Source: Blasia pusilla (lineage: Eukaryota). From it: DNA of 64,000 nucleotides. The stretch's first letter is position 1, and every line of letters starts with the position of its first letter. The DNA lies in contig CM114271.1 in the NCBI GenBank assembly GCA_050084515.1, positions 11,284,001 through 11,348,000 on the forward strand, in the 5' to 3' direction. Of this stretch, positions 21,620 through 34,123 are shown piece by piece. Both the position numbers and the translations under genes were made by a program. The notes below the pieces were generated by a model that saw only the letters and a list, made by a program, of their open reading frames with translations, did no database searches and was not told the origin of the DNA.

Positions 21620-24600
21620 CAACTATAAACCAGTATCACACACAATCACAAGGTGGTGATGGTGGAAACCATTGGGGTTGAGATCAGTAGTAGAGGATCC
21701 CTGGATCTTGCAATTACTATGGGATAAAGGATCACTATGCAAAGTTTTGATTCAAGAAGAAGGCAGATATGAGAACAAGAGCCTTACAACAACAAAATTA
21801 TGTGGAGCAACAACACGAAGAGCAGTAACAAAAACAACATCATTCACAAACGAAGCATCTCTTGATCATGACTCATCATATGGAAGCAATGGTCAAGAAA
21901 GACTCGACAGCAGATTGGTACATTGATTCTAGAGCATCAAATCACATGACCTCACAAGCTAAATGGTTTAGTAGTTTGGAGCCGGTGAAAGATCCTGCAA
22001 TTGTGCTCATAGGAGATGACACTCAACATCATATCACGTAAACCGGTAAAGTTCCAATAGCATCATATGGTCTTTGTGCTCTTGGAAATTTTCTTTATAT
22101 TCCTACCATTGCAAGAAACCTGATCTTTGTAGTACATATAGTAGAACACGGTTATCAAATGAAGTTTAACGTAGATGGTTGTTTTATTGAAATAATGGAT
22201 GACCAGACTACGATAGCCAAAGGAACTAGATCTGGCAGAATGTTCAAATTAGATATTTTTATACCAAAGATTCAAACAGCAATGTATGGTCAAACCGGCC
22301 AACAAGTCACAGATCTAAATATGTGGCATAAAAGAATTGGACATATGAATCTTCAAAGATAACAGAATCTTTCATCATCTAATATAGTAATAGGACTCCC
22401 TAAATTAGCAAGTCCTACTACATTAGAGGTATGTCTTGCTTGCCAATTTGGAAAACAAGCTAGATTTCCTTTTCCAAAGTAAGATAGAAGAGCATCTACG
22501 ATATTGGAGTTGATCCACAGTGATGTGTGGACAACATCACAACATAGCCTTAGTGGTTGCCAGTACTTTGTTTCATTTATTGATGACTTCTCTAGATATA
22601 TATGGATATACTTTCTGAAAGCCAAGTCAGAGGTATTCTCTGTGTTCCAAACATCCAGAGTTCTAGTAGAGAAGCAAATTGGAGAACACATTCTGAAATT
22701 GCGTTGTGATGGAGGAGGAGAGTATCTTTCAACAGAGTTTGATGACTATTTACGTAAGAATGGCATTCAACGTCAAGTGACTTGCCATTACACTCCACAA
22801 CAAAATGGAGTGGCTGAGAGGAAGAATCGACATATTGCTGAAGCGGCACGAGCTATGTTGAATGAGAAGAACATGCCTAAGGTCTATTGGGCAGAGGCTG
22901 TAGCATGTGCAGTTTTCTTAATCAACTGAACTCCAACAGCAGGAGTTCATGATAAAACTCCATTCGAAGTCTTCACAAAAAGTAAACCTGATTTTTCCTT
23001 CTTGAAAGTATTTGGCTGTATTTGTTACGCTCATGTTCCTTTTGAGAGAAGCGTTGTTAGATCCCAAGTCTGAAAGATGTTAGATCCCAAGTCTGAAAGA
23101 TGTATCTTCATTGGCTATGCTGATGGAACTAAGGGATATAAGTGCTACATTCCATCCTCTAGGCAACTTATTATTAGTCGAGATGTTGTCTTTGATGAGC
23201 TAAAGTCATGGTATGCTCCATATGTGCCTATTCCACCTTTAAACTTGTATATTGAGGGGGAGAATATGATTGTAAACCAACACACATTGTCTTCAACTTC
23301 CCCAAGTATTAGTGCAGGATTAGGAGAGGTCCTAGATTCATGAGTTAAATCTGTAAGTCCATGGATGGGAAGAGTACGTATTCAGTCTGTTGACACTAGT
23401 CAGAGCTTGAGTCAGGTATTACAAGCATCTACCTCTGAACAACAACTTCGTAGATCAAGTAGAGTTATACATCCAGTTCATAGAATCATAAATGAAGGTT
23501 TCCTTTCGACACATCATGCATATATAATGATTATCCTTCAAGAACAAGAGCCAAATTATTTTGAAGAAGTTGCAAGTAAAGTCGAATGGATTGAAGCTAT
23601 GGAGGAAGAGCTTGCTGCATTAAGACATCAACAAACATGACAGCTGGTTGATATACCTTCCGGTAAGGAAGCTATTGGTTGCAAATGGGTTTACAAAATC
23701 AAGCGCAATCAAGATGGTGCAATTAAGAGATACAAAGTGAGATTGGTGGCTAAGGGCTATGCACAACAATATGGTATCGATTATGAGGAAACATTTAGCC
23801 CTGTTGCAAATATGGCGACTACGAGAACAGTGGTTGCAGTTGCAGTAAGTAAGAAATTGAGATTACATCACATGAACGTCAAGAATGCTTTCTTGAATGG
23901 AGATCTATACGATGAGGTATATATATGACTCAGCCATCTGGATACGAGCATCCAAAGTTTCCATTTCGCGTATGCAGGTTGAAGAAAGCTCTATATGGGC
24001 TCAAACAAGCTCCAAGAGTTTGGTATGGCAAGATTACATACGTTCTACAAGAGTTGGGTTTTAGGGTATGTGATTCTGACTCCTCGTTATATGTCTTGAG
24101 AGGAAAAGATCATACGGTTCTCATTGTGTTGTATGTTGACAATCTCCTGATTACTGGGAGTATTGAAGAAATGGTATAACAAGTCAAGCTTAAGTTACAA
24201 GTAAAATTTGATATGAAGGCCTTGGGAGAACTCAAGTACTTCCTTCGTATTGAGTTTATCAAGGTTGGAGAAAGCAGGTGGTTACTACAACGACAATATG
24301 CTATTCATATGCTTTCAAAATATGGTATGACAGCTTGTAAGTCAATCTCTACACCGTTGGACCAAAGCGTGAAGCTAAGAGTGGATGAAGGAGAGATGCT
24401 TGCACATTCTAATATGTACAGGCGCGTGGTTGGAAGTTTAATCTATCTAACTATAACCAGACTAAATTTGAGTTATGGTGTTGGCCTAGTGAGCCAGTTT
24501 ATGCAAGCACCTCGGAAACCTTACCTTGATGTTGTGAGGAGGATTATGCAGTATGTGAAATTCTCTATTCAATTCGGGCTTCAATTTGAACCTTCTCCGA

Positions 24601-25407
24601 GTTCTCAATTATAAGGATTCACAAATGCTGATTGGGCAAGAAGCCTGTCTGATCAACACTCCACATCTGGTTATTCATTTACTTTGGGAAGCGAAGCTAT
24701 AAGTTGGGCTTCAAAGAACCAACCTACAATTGCTTTATCTTCAATAGAGGTTGAGTACAGAGGAGTAACCAATGCCGCATGTGAGGCGGTGTAGTTTCAT
24801 CAATTACTTGTTGAGATTGGTGTTAGTAACTTAAGACCTAGTGTAATATATGCAGACAATATTAGTAGCATCAAGCTTGCTAATAACCTTGTGTTCATGC
24901 TCGTACAAAGCATTTTGAGGTGCACTATCATTTTATCAGAGAGAAAGTACTTGCAAGAGAAATAGATCTTGTGTATATAGGTACAGATCAGCAAATTGCT
25001 GACATCTTTACAAAGGCATTGTCGAGAGATAAGTTTGAGATGTTTAGAAATTATTTAGGCGTTAGAGATATCGATATGAGCTTAAGGAGAAGTATTGAAG
25101 ATTGAGTTATAGTCAAGCTCATGAGACACCTGAACTGCTACATTTGGTACTCACACGAAGTAGGGAAGCTTAATGTTGGTTAGTCAGTTAAGCGCGATTA
25201 TCTTAACTATGGTTAGTTAATCACAGTTAGTCTAACTCGAGATTAAGGTTAGTGTTAGAGTTGCTTGTACATACCCTATATAATTGAGAAGGGGAACAGC
25301 CTCTATTCATTCTCTCATTGCAAATTTCGTTCTCCATGGTGGTGTGTGTGTGTGAGAGCCGTTTTCCACCAGTTATGCTTGTTTAGCAGTTTTCCATAAA
25401 TCTAACG
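21620..25407 (+). mobile_element. Ty1/copia retrotransposon relic, 5' truncated, with 3' LTR at about 25093-25407
   Basis: Domain order: protease WYIDSRASNHMT, WHKRIGH, integrase (LIHSDVW, LRCDGGGEY, PQQNGVAERKN), RT (RLVAKGY, LYGLKQAPR, LYVDNL), RNase H (QQIADIFTKAL), then a purine tract at ~25084. Many stops. Confidence 0.95.
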
Positions 25408-27244
25408 GCAAATATGAATGAATAAGGCTAAACCTAAGAATGAGGTCAAACTCGACGTTGTATGAGCCGGTTAGTGAGCAGAGTATCAAAATCCAAGTAT
25501 CGTATAAATATAGTCATCCCTGCAAAGTACTTGAGAACAGAACTACTAGAGCATATCCTGACCCTCTTCATCAACGGACCACTTTTATCACGATCGTAAC
25601 TGAAAAAAGTAAAGTATTTGGAAAAATCCATTATTAAATATGCGGCGGCAATATAACCTTAAAGTCACGCGTCGGACGACTACAAAAATTTACCCTGAAG
25701 GCTCAAAAAAATACGCTACTTGCACTGGCCGAAAGTGCCACGTGTCAGACGGAGAGTTGTTTACGATAGGAGAAGGCACTCTCCCATAATAGTAAAGATG
25801 TTCATCTTATATTTTATTTTCTATTATTTTTTAATATATTAACAATACATATTTATGTCGGATGATTGAGATTGTCGCAAGATGCTGAATCTCAAGAGGA
25901 ACCATCGAGGCGAAATGAGAAAAGGCCATTCATAAACATCACAAATGTAGTCTCTTTATCTAACATGGAGTATGATCACCATATTTCATGTAGTCTATGA
26001 TCTTCTATATGGGTTTTTAGAGGAAACAGAGAAGCTTGCATGTAAGAAGGAAAGAATAACAGCATTTAAAAAAAGTAGAAGGACGCTTTGAGATATGCGA
26101 TTTATAACTCATTCTACGACTTCGTCATCTCCAATGTAGCAATGCTTAGCTTTATGATGATACAATGATTCCATAATTGCATGTGCATAGTCGGATTTGT
26201 TGTGTGACTTTAGTATTTTTCATGTTGATGTTATAGACTTCCAAATCCGTTGAACCCGCAACGCTTACATGATTTACATCAAATTTCGAGAGCTCAAGGA
26301 CAAAGACGAAGACATTCCAATTCCGTTCAATGGAGTCATGTTGAAGCTATAGAGAATCACAAACATCCATCATAGATGACTTCCATGATGTAGATAATAG
26401 AAGGTACTTATTTTTCTATAACTTTTCAATTATCTATCATAATAGTTAGAGCACACTTTTCATTTGGTGATTTCTCCTAACTCTTTCTCGAGGTTGATCG
26501 TAGCACCCACTGATGGGAATCTTCATGCTTCAACCTACACTGCATTATCTCCCATGCATGTTTCATTACCAAATAAATTAAATTTTTTTGTTTTTGCTTT
26601 GTTGATTAGAAAATTTTAATTTTATTGTATTTCCATTATTATGACTTGCTTTTTTACAAAAACAAAATCTCAGTCTTCCTCTCCCATCCAATCCTCGTGG
26701 ATTACATGGTCTGATTCAAGTTGCACGAGTTAAAGCACAAGGAAAAAGGCATGCAATTTCGGCCGAAGCGAATCTTCTTCAAGTATCCATGAATCTACTT
26801 CCTAGAGAAGAAGCAGAGTTTATCGCTACTAATGACGTTCATACCAGCTAATACAAGGTATGCTTACATACTTTTATTATTATATGTTTTTAACTTGGTC
26901 TTTAAAATGTTCTGAATTATTTCTAAAAAATGTTGTCTCATAGACCTTCATGGAATTTCCTCAATCAAGTTGGAGCTATTTCTGAACTCTAGGATTGTGA
27001 TCACACCATCTCTTACCCATATTTAATATATTTCTAATATATGATATATTTCTATTTCTAATTATATTATAGTCTTCCAAGTGCCACCAACCCTCCACAA
27101 GTGTTTCACATGCTTCAAGAGTCCACGAATGAGTGCCAAAGGGGTAGACATGCTCATTTGGCTGAAGTACATGATATCGGATATGTTGACGGTTGTTTCA
27201 ATAGGAGTGATGCAAATGAAAACAATCATGCATGCTAGACGGAA

Positions 27245-30200
27245 GTGAATGAGGATTGTGTACATGCCTTGATTCCAAACATAAGATCTAGAAGGGTTGT
27301 GAACTTGAAAAAGTTACTCAACATTGCACGTATTCCAGACTTTGAGGAGAAGCATATTCGATTCCTTTGGTTGGGAGATTGTATTGATAGTATAACTGGT
27401 CGTTTTACTATTGGACCTATGAATGATATTTTCCCAAGTTGCAATGCTTTACATTGGAAGTGTGAGAGAATTAAGTATACAAGGTTTACAAGCTCATCTT
27501 TTGGTATGTGTTGTCATTGTGGTAAGATTCATCTACCATATTTGGCGGCTTCACCCTCTATACTATCAGAATTAATTTCTAGTATGAGTTCAAATAGTCT
27601 TCATTTTTTTCGGAATACACGTGCCTATAATAGTGCTCTTGAATTGGCATCCACTGGGACACATGTTACACAACAACGAGGTGGTACAGGAAATTTTATG
27701 ATTCAAGGTGGTATTTATCATTCTATTGGACCTCTTCATGTAGATACTAATGCTCTTCCACAATTTGTGCAAATCTATATTCATGCTAATGAGCATCAGA
27801 TGGAACATAGAAGAAGGATTATGAATACAGATAATTCTGATAAGTTGAAGTCAGAGATCATAGGGGGATTACAAGATATGCTATATGCTCGTAATCCATA
27901 TGTAGCTCTATTTTGAAAGATGGCTATTGACCAATGTAACTCTCACTTCCATATTGTTTTTAAGGGTAGTAAGCAAGGTCTTAATGTAAAATGATATACC
28001 TTGCCTTTTGCTTAAGAGGTTGTTGCTAGCTTGCCAAGAGATGGGAGTGAGCATGTACAAGGACATGATATTTTTGTTGGTTTATATAGAGGATGGATTT
28101 GTCGCCTATTAAACTTGAATGAAGCCTATATCCCATTACACTTTGTTTTTCCCTTTGCCTATGGTGAAGCAGGTTGGCATCTTGGGATACCTTTGCAAGT
28201 GCAAGAATGTATAAGAGGTGATCAGATGATAAGAGGGCATCTTGTGATTGATGAGGATCTGAATGAAGATCATAATTTGCATGAGGGAATTGAAGGGGAC
28301 CAGATTTAAGGTGGATTTGACACTCATGAAGCAAGTTCAAAGACAATAGAAACTTTACAATTTGCTTCATTTTGACTTCAAATGCGAGCTAATGCTAAGG
28401 ATAAAAATTTGTTGTTGCGGTTTGGTCATCTTACTCAAGAATATATAGTGGATATGTATGCAACTATTGAAATGCAATGACTGACTTGAATAGGACTAAA
28501 TCAAAAGGCGTTGAGCATTGTGTAGTGCCCATGTTTTTTAAATTTTGACAGAAAGAGCATTTTTTGTATAGAAGTCTTTCTTAAGTGAAGACTAAAGACT
28601 CAATAGTGGAAGTAAAGAGGTATGCTTTAGTGAAATTGTATGAAAACCTTGACTAATAGAACTTAGATGAGAGGATAGGAGATGTTAGAAGATTAAGGAC
28701 TGTCTTGGAAGAGTGAGAATAGTGTAAAAATAGGGAAATAAGTTAGAAGAGGAAGCGTGGGTGCTTCGCAAGGAAGACCGCGGTGAGAATAGTGGTAAAG
28801 ACTGTCAACGAAGACTGAGAAAAGGCTTCTTTATAAGAAAAGACTAAAGGTAGTCTTCGTGCAAAGACCGGGTACAAAGAACAAAGAGCAAAGATCCAAA
28901 AGCAAAGACTAAGAACTCTAAGAAGGAAGAGGAAGAAGCAGAAGAAGTCAAGGAGTCTTCAGAAAGCGAAAAGGTGTATGAAGGATAGGAATAAAAAGAT
29001 AGAGAATGCTTTGAAGAAAGCTGAGTGAAAGAAAGTAGGAAGGAGGAATCTTCACGGCGACAGAAGGATAAGAGTCTTCACGAAGACAGAACTACAAAGA
29101 AAGAATTGCGAAGATAGGCCTACGAAGATAGGACAGCGAAGACCGTGAAGATTGAATCGTCGTGGCGGTTTTGGAAGCTGGATATGGAGCAACGCAGCGA
29201 TTAAGAAGGAAGAGGGAATGAAACATCAGGGCAACCAACCAACTTAGGAAGGTGGAGGGTTGGAGAATTTGAATGGAGGAGGTTAGGATTAGCAGTTAGA
29301 ATTCTAAATTAGAATAGGAAGATCAATCAAGGATTCTAAAAAACTATTTAAAGAGTAAATAAGAAGAAGAACGAATCATTCCCTTGTGTCTTGAATTCCC
29401 CTGTACTATTGGTTAGCATCAATTCTTTGTATCTAGAGTTTACCAGTAGTCTTAGTGGGTTGTGTAAGGAGTTATGTGGGGATGATTCAAGTTGAAGAGT
29501 CTTTTACTTTCTGAAGCTTGTAATACTTTCTAGTTCTTTCTAGTCTTTGATGCAGAAGAAGAGTCTTCTCTCATGTTTTCTGATGTGCGAAGTTGAATGT
29601 AAAATCTTATTGGGTTGTAGTAGGAATGAGAGTTGAGTCTTGTGATTTCGAAATTCTAGAATATAATCAAGAAGAGCATAGGAAAGTTGTTAGACACTGA
29701 GTAGCCTGCCATGACAGATTTAGTTCTGAAAGTAGGATGAGTCGCCATTCTTGAGGTCTCTTTGAGGTCTTCGTTGGAGCTTTGTTATTCAAGATTCGCA
29801 AGAGTATTCGTTTGCACTTGAGAAGAGTCTTTTCCAAGAGGAAAGAAAATCCTTTTATTCTTTTGTACTTGTAATGGCAACTTAGTTGTAGTTAGTAAGT
29901 AAAGTTAGTGAAGAAGGAGTTATTCTTGATTCTTGAAGCAACATTCGATTCTCCTGTCTTGGTTGTACGTGTTTTCCAAAAAAAAGAAGGATTTGTTGAG
30001 ACTTATTGTGGAGACGCATATTTTGGGTCGTGTGGTAGGATGTATTCATGTAGTTGAGTTCCAAAAAATAGGTTTACTACAGATGCATATCTTGATTTAT
30101 TCTTGCATGAGAGGATAAGCCAAGGACAACCTCTCATTTTCATGATATTATATCTATTGAGATTCTGAATCCTATTACTCATCCTAGGCTTTATCCTATT

Positions 30201-30900
30201 GTGAGAAACTGTATGATTCTTGGCGCATATGGAGTAGCACATCCAAATGCATTTTGTACAGAGAAAATGACAAAAGTCTGTTCAAAAGGATACCCTATGC
30301 CTTTTACATCAATGATCATGAAGAATGAGGATGGATATTCCATTTATAAGAGGTAATTTCCAAGTTTCTTGTTTTTCTTTAAATATTTTTTTTTTCATTA
30401 CAAATTTTCCCAATATTTTCTCAAAGTACTAATTGGATTGTATTTGTGATTATGCAAGCGTGATAATGGCAGATTGATTAATAACTCAAATCATGACTTT
30501 GATAATCGTTGGCATGGGCGGTTCCATATAATCCAATCTTATGTACTTTATTTGATTATCATATCAATTTGGAGATAACAAATAGCATCTTGGCATTTAA
30601 GTATTTTTACAAGTATGTATATAAGGGATCCAACACGATATCAAATACCGTGGCAAAGAGTACATCGGTCAAGGAAACTACTGATGAGACATCATTATAT
30701 CTTGATGCGAGGTATAATTTCGATACTTTTAACGATAAAATGTTTCTATATTTTTCCAAAAATAAAATATTGGACTATAATAATTTTTACATTTTTTTGT
30801 ATGAAGGTACGTTTCTTCTTCAGAAGCATATTGGTGAATCTTTAAGTTTAGTCTTCATGCGGAGCAACCAAGTATTGTGAGATTGATCATTCATATTCTA
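27245..30900 (+). pseudogene. Helitron Rep/helicase relic (N-terminal and Rep motifs); termini not identified
   Basis: CCHCGKIHLP, RAYNSALELAS, IQGGIYHSIGPL..PQFVQIYI, YIPLHFVFPFAYGEAGW, VVEFQKIGLLQMHILI (HUH motif decayed), VPYNPIL...HINLE...KYFYKYVYKG. Confidence 0.9.
28521..29969. mobile_element. Probable LTR-derived insertion interrupting the Helitron
   Basis: ORF-free, purine-rich block starting TGTAGTG that breaks Helitron coding collinearity. No clean TSD seen; boundaries approximate. Confidence 0.45.
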
Positions 30901-32233
30901 GATAAATTTCCACTCACAATAAGTCCCTAGCTCTTATGTCCTGTCGTAATATATCCAAGACTCAAAGGAAAACTTCTCTTATGAAATTTCCCTTATTCAC
31001 CAAACCTCAATGTTGCATAGTTAGTCCTCCTAACTTTTACCACCTATTGGCTTGAGATAATTTTGATTATTATTTTCGTAAGTACATCATCCTCATATGT
31101 GAGAGCCTCTATTAAGATCAATGTTGGCAGTGAGCAAAACCTTGCAACCAATTGCAATTAGTGGCAGTTGGTGGAACTCATAATCTATGAGCCAAGTCTC
31201 AAAATGTTTATTTGGCGGACAATCAGATTGGATGTGAATATGAATGATATCAACTTCTCTAGAGAAATTTTGAAGTGCAATTAGATTGAACACAACATCT
31301 AAGCCATGAGAACATATTCTCTAAGTATCATCATTGATAAAATCAACAACGTGATTCTCATTAACAAAGGAGTCTTCAAGCATGGTATCAAGTTCAAGTT
31401 ATGATGGCAAACGTTGTCTAATTATTTTCGCGAACTCAAGGAAGGTAAGATCGCTACTGTGACGGTATTATGATATAAGTAAGTGTTGCTCTACATTTTC
31501 AAATAATGGGGACAAAGAAATATGACAGAACCTGTAGAAAGGAACAGAGCGATGTTTGCAAATTAGTGGTAATTGGCATAAATCACCAATAAGTGCAACA
31601 AGTTTAGGTGATGTGATACCCATCATTTTGACATTTTTGCTATTAAGATGTTGTTGTACATAATTGAGTTGAAGTCTTCGTGGACAAGGATCAAAGATTT
31701 AAGATTTTGTGAAGATTGTGTACTAGTAAAATAAGGGAAAATCTTCATGAAGATATTGAGTATTGCAGCATTCCAAAGTGAATGGAAGTTTTATTGGATG
31801 GAAGTGAAGCTATTTTGAGAAGACAAGGAGATTGGAAAATGAGGGACTTGTCTTGGAGGAGTAGAAAATTTTGAGAATAGGTTGGAGTTAAAGAAGAAAT
31901 CACGAAGAAGTGGTGAGCTTCACAACAAAGACTTGTTAAGAAGAAGAAGTACTAAAAGAGGATTGTGAAGAGATAGGTTCTTCGTAAAAGAAGGAACCAA
32001 AAGGAAAAAAACAACTTCACGCAGAAGAGAAGATTGAAACATCTTCGTGAACTGGCGAAGACTGAAACATCTTGATAAAGAAGAGACGGATGTAACCAAT
32101 CCAAGTGGTGCACGGTTAGAGTAGTTAGGATGGATAGGGATATACTGTTCTAGGGGAACAGAGAGGGGTACGACAGTTAGCTTCAGCAAATTCATAGGGA
32201 TCAGAGGAAAAGCAAACAAAATTTCAAGTGTTT

Positions 32234-34123
32234 CATGCATTTATGGTCGCGACTAAGGAAACCAAAACTAAGCATGGAACCCAGACTTAAGAGAATTCGA
32301 GTCTTGGAAGGAGACATGGCCAAGGGGTGAGAACCGGATTTGGGACACGACTAGCGTTTGGAATTTCTAACTATACTTTTGACCATAAATTTTAGCCCCA
32401 AGATGCATTTGGGACAAGAAAGATAGTGTTGGAAAGCTTCAACGACATTAGTTCCAACGCACTAAATATCTTGGAAAACGCTCAAGCAAAAGCCGAGATA
32501 TGGGCAAAAATCAAATGTACGGGGAGTCGAGTTGAGGGCCAAAAAGAGAGGCACAGGTGCTCCTTCCCAAAGGTAGAGGGATCACAGGAATCCCCATAAG
32601 TACTAGTAAGGGAGAAGGTCTCCAAGGATGCTTGGAACTTGAATCCCACTTTGGGCGCGGCGGATCGACTCAAGGGCACGGAATGGATTGGGAGTTTTGG
32701 CGTTGGGATTCGAAACCCGAACCAAGTCTAATAGAGTGGATTTTGGAGGTCCCGCTTGGATTCCAACTTGCGACTCATATTTTTGAGTCTTGATTGGGGG
32801 CTCATGCAAGGTCCATTAGACAGTTGGGACCGCCAAGCGCATAAACATCGTTTTAGGTGCCTGGACTAATCGGAAAGATTGCCCCAAGTCTCGGAAGACT
32901 TGCTCGTGTTGAGAACTTTGGAATGAGGGAAGGTTGAGCTTGATGAGGTGCCGAGTTGAGGATTTGGTGGGTTGGAAGGCCGCTTGACCCAAACCAAATT
33001 AACGTGAGTGCATTTGGATGCAAGTTGGCGATGAGAGCATGTCCTACTGAACGCACGCTTTCGCAACACTAAGATTGACGTTCAAGGGGAGTAGGCCCAT
33101 GACATAGGGTGTTACGACCCTCATAAGCAAACAAGTGCCAAGCATAACATCCAAACTCTAGGAGGCTCATGCTAGGATGGTTTGCCCATTGGAGTGGTAT
33201 CTTGGAAGAGACGCAAGAGACACAAGAGATGAGACGCAAAAAGGGTTGAGCGTTTCATGCATTTGTGGTCGCAACTAGGAAACCTCGACCAAATGTGAAC
33301 CAAGACTTGAGAGGAGTCGAGTTTAGGAAAGTTGGTTGCCAAAGAGGTAAGAAATGGATATGGAATGTGAGTAGCATTTGGGTTTTTGATCATATATTGG
33401 ATCATAATTTTTAGTTCCAAAATGTGTTTGGGAAAAGTAAGGTGGAATTGGAAAGCTTATGCAAAGCCACTTGCAATACATCAAAGATCTCAGCAAATGC
33501 ATAAGCAAAGGCCGAGAACTTGGCAAAAAAGATTGTATAGGGAGTTGGGTTGAGGACCAGAAAAAGGGGTCCGAACATCTCTTCCCTAAAGGTAGGGGGA
33601 AGGCGAAGATCCCCAAAAGTACTAGTAAGGGGGAAGGTCTCCAAGAGTGCTTGGGACTCAAACCCCACTTTGGGATGCCGTGGGGCCATCCAAGGGCACA
33701 GAGTGAATTGATATTTTTGGCGTTGGGATTCGAAACCCAAACTAAGTCCAATAGAGTGGATTTCGGAGGTCCCTATTGGATTCCAATCCATGACTCATTT
33801 AGTTGGGTCTTGGTTTGGGGGCTCATGCGAGGTCCATTCAACATTTAGGATCACAAGCGCACGAACGTTGTTTTAGGTGCCTCGACTAACCAGAAAGTTT
33901 GTCCCAAGTCTCAAAAGACTTTCCCATTGTTGGGAAGCTAAGAGTGAAAGAAGGTTGAGCTTGATGACGTGCCGAGTTGAGAACAAGGTTTGGAAGGACG
34001 ATTGACCTAGACTAGGCTAATATGAGTATGTTTGGGTGCATATCGGCAATGAGAGCGTGTCCTACGGAACCTACGCTTCCGCAACTCTGAAGATTGACAT
34101 TCAAGAGGAGTAGATACACAACA
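32234..34123. mobile_element. Two adjacent copies (32234-33104 truncated; 33110-34123 full) of the LTR seen at 18844-19845, in reverse orientation
   Basis: TGTTACGACCCTCAT at 33110 is the reverse complement of the 19845 end. GATTGACGTTCAAG.GGAGTAG near 33075 and 34092 matches the 18844 end. Confidence 0.85.

Noticed and set aside
23055-23100. 23-bp perfect tandem duplication in the copia relic
   Set aside because: An ordinary slippage mutation in a dead element.
25440-27240. Possible Helitron 5' end or captured exons upstream of RepHel
   Set aside because: AT-rich and exon/intron-like, but neither a TC start nor a CTRR/hairpin terminus could be assigned with confidence.
31612-32233. Purine-rich block starting TGTGATACCC, like an LTR start
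   Set aside because: No matching end, TSD or clear extended homology could be established by eye.
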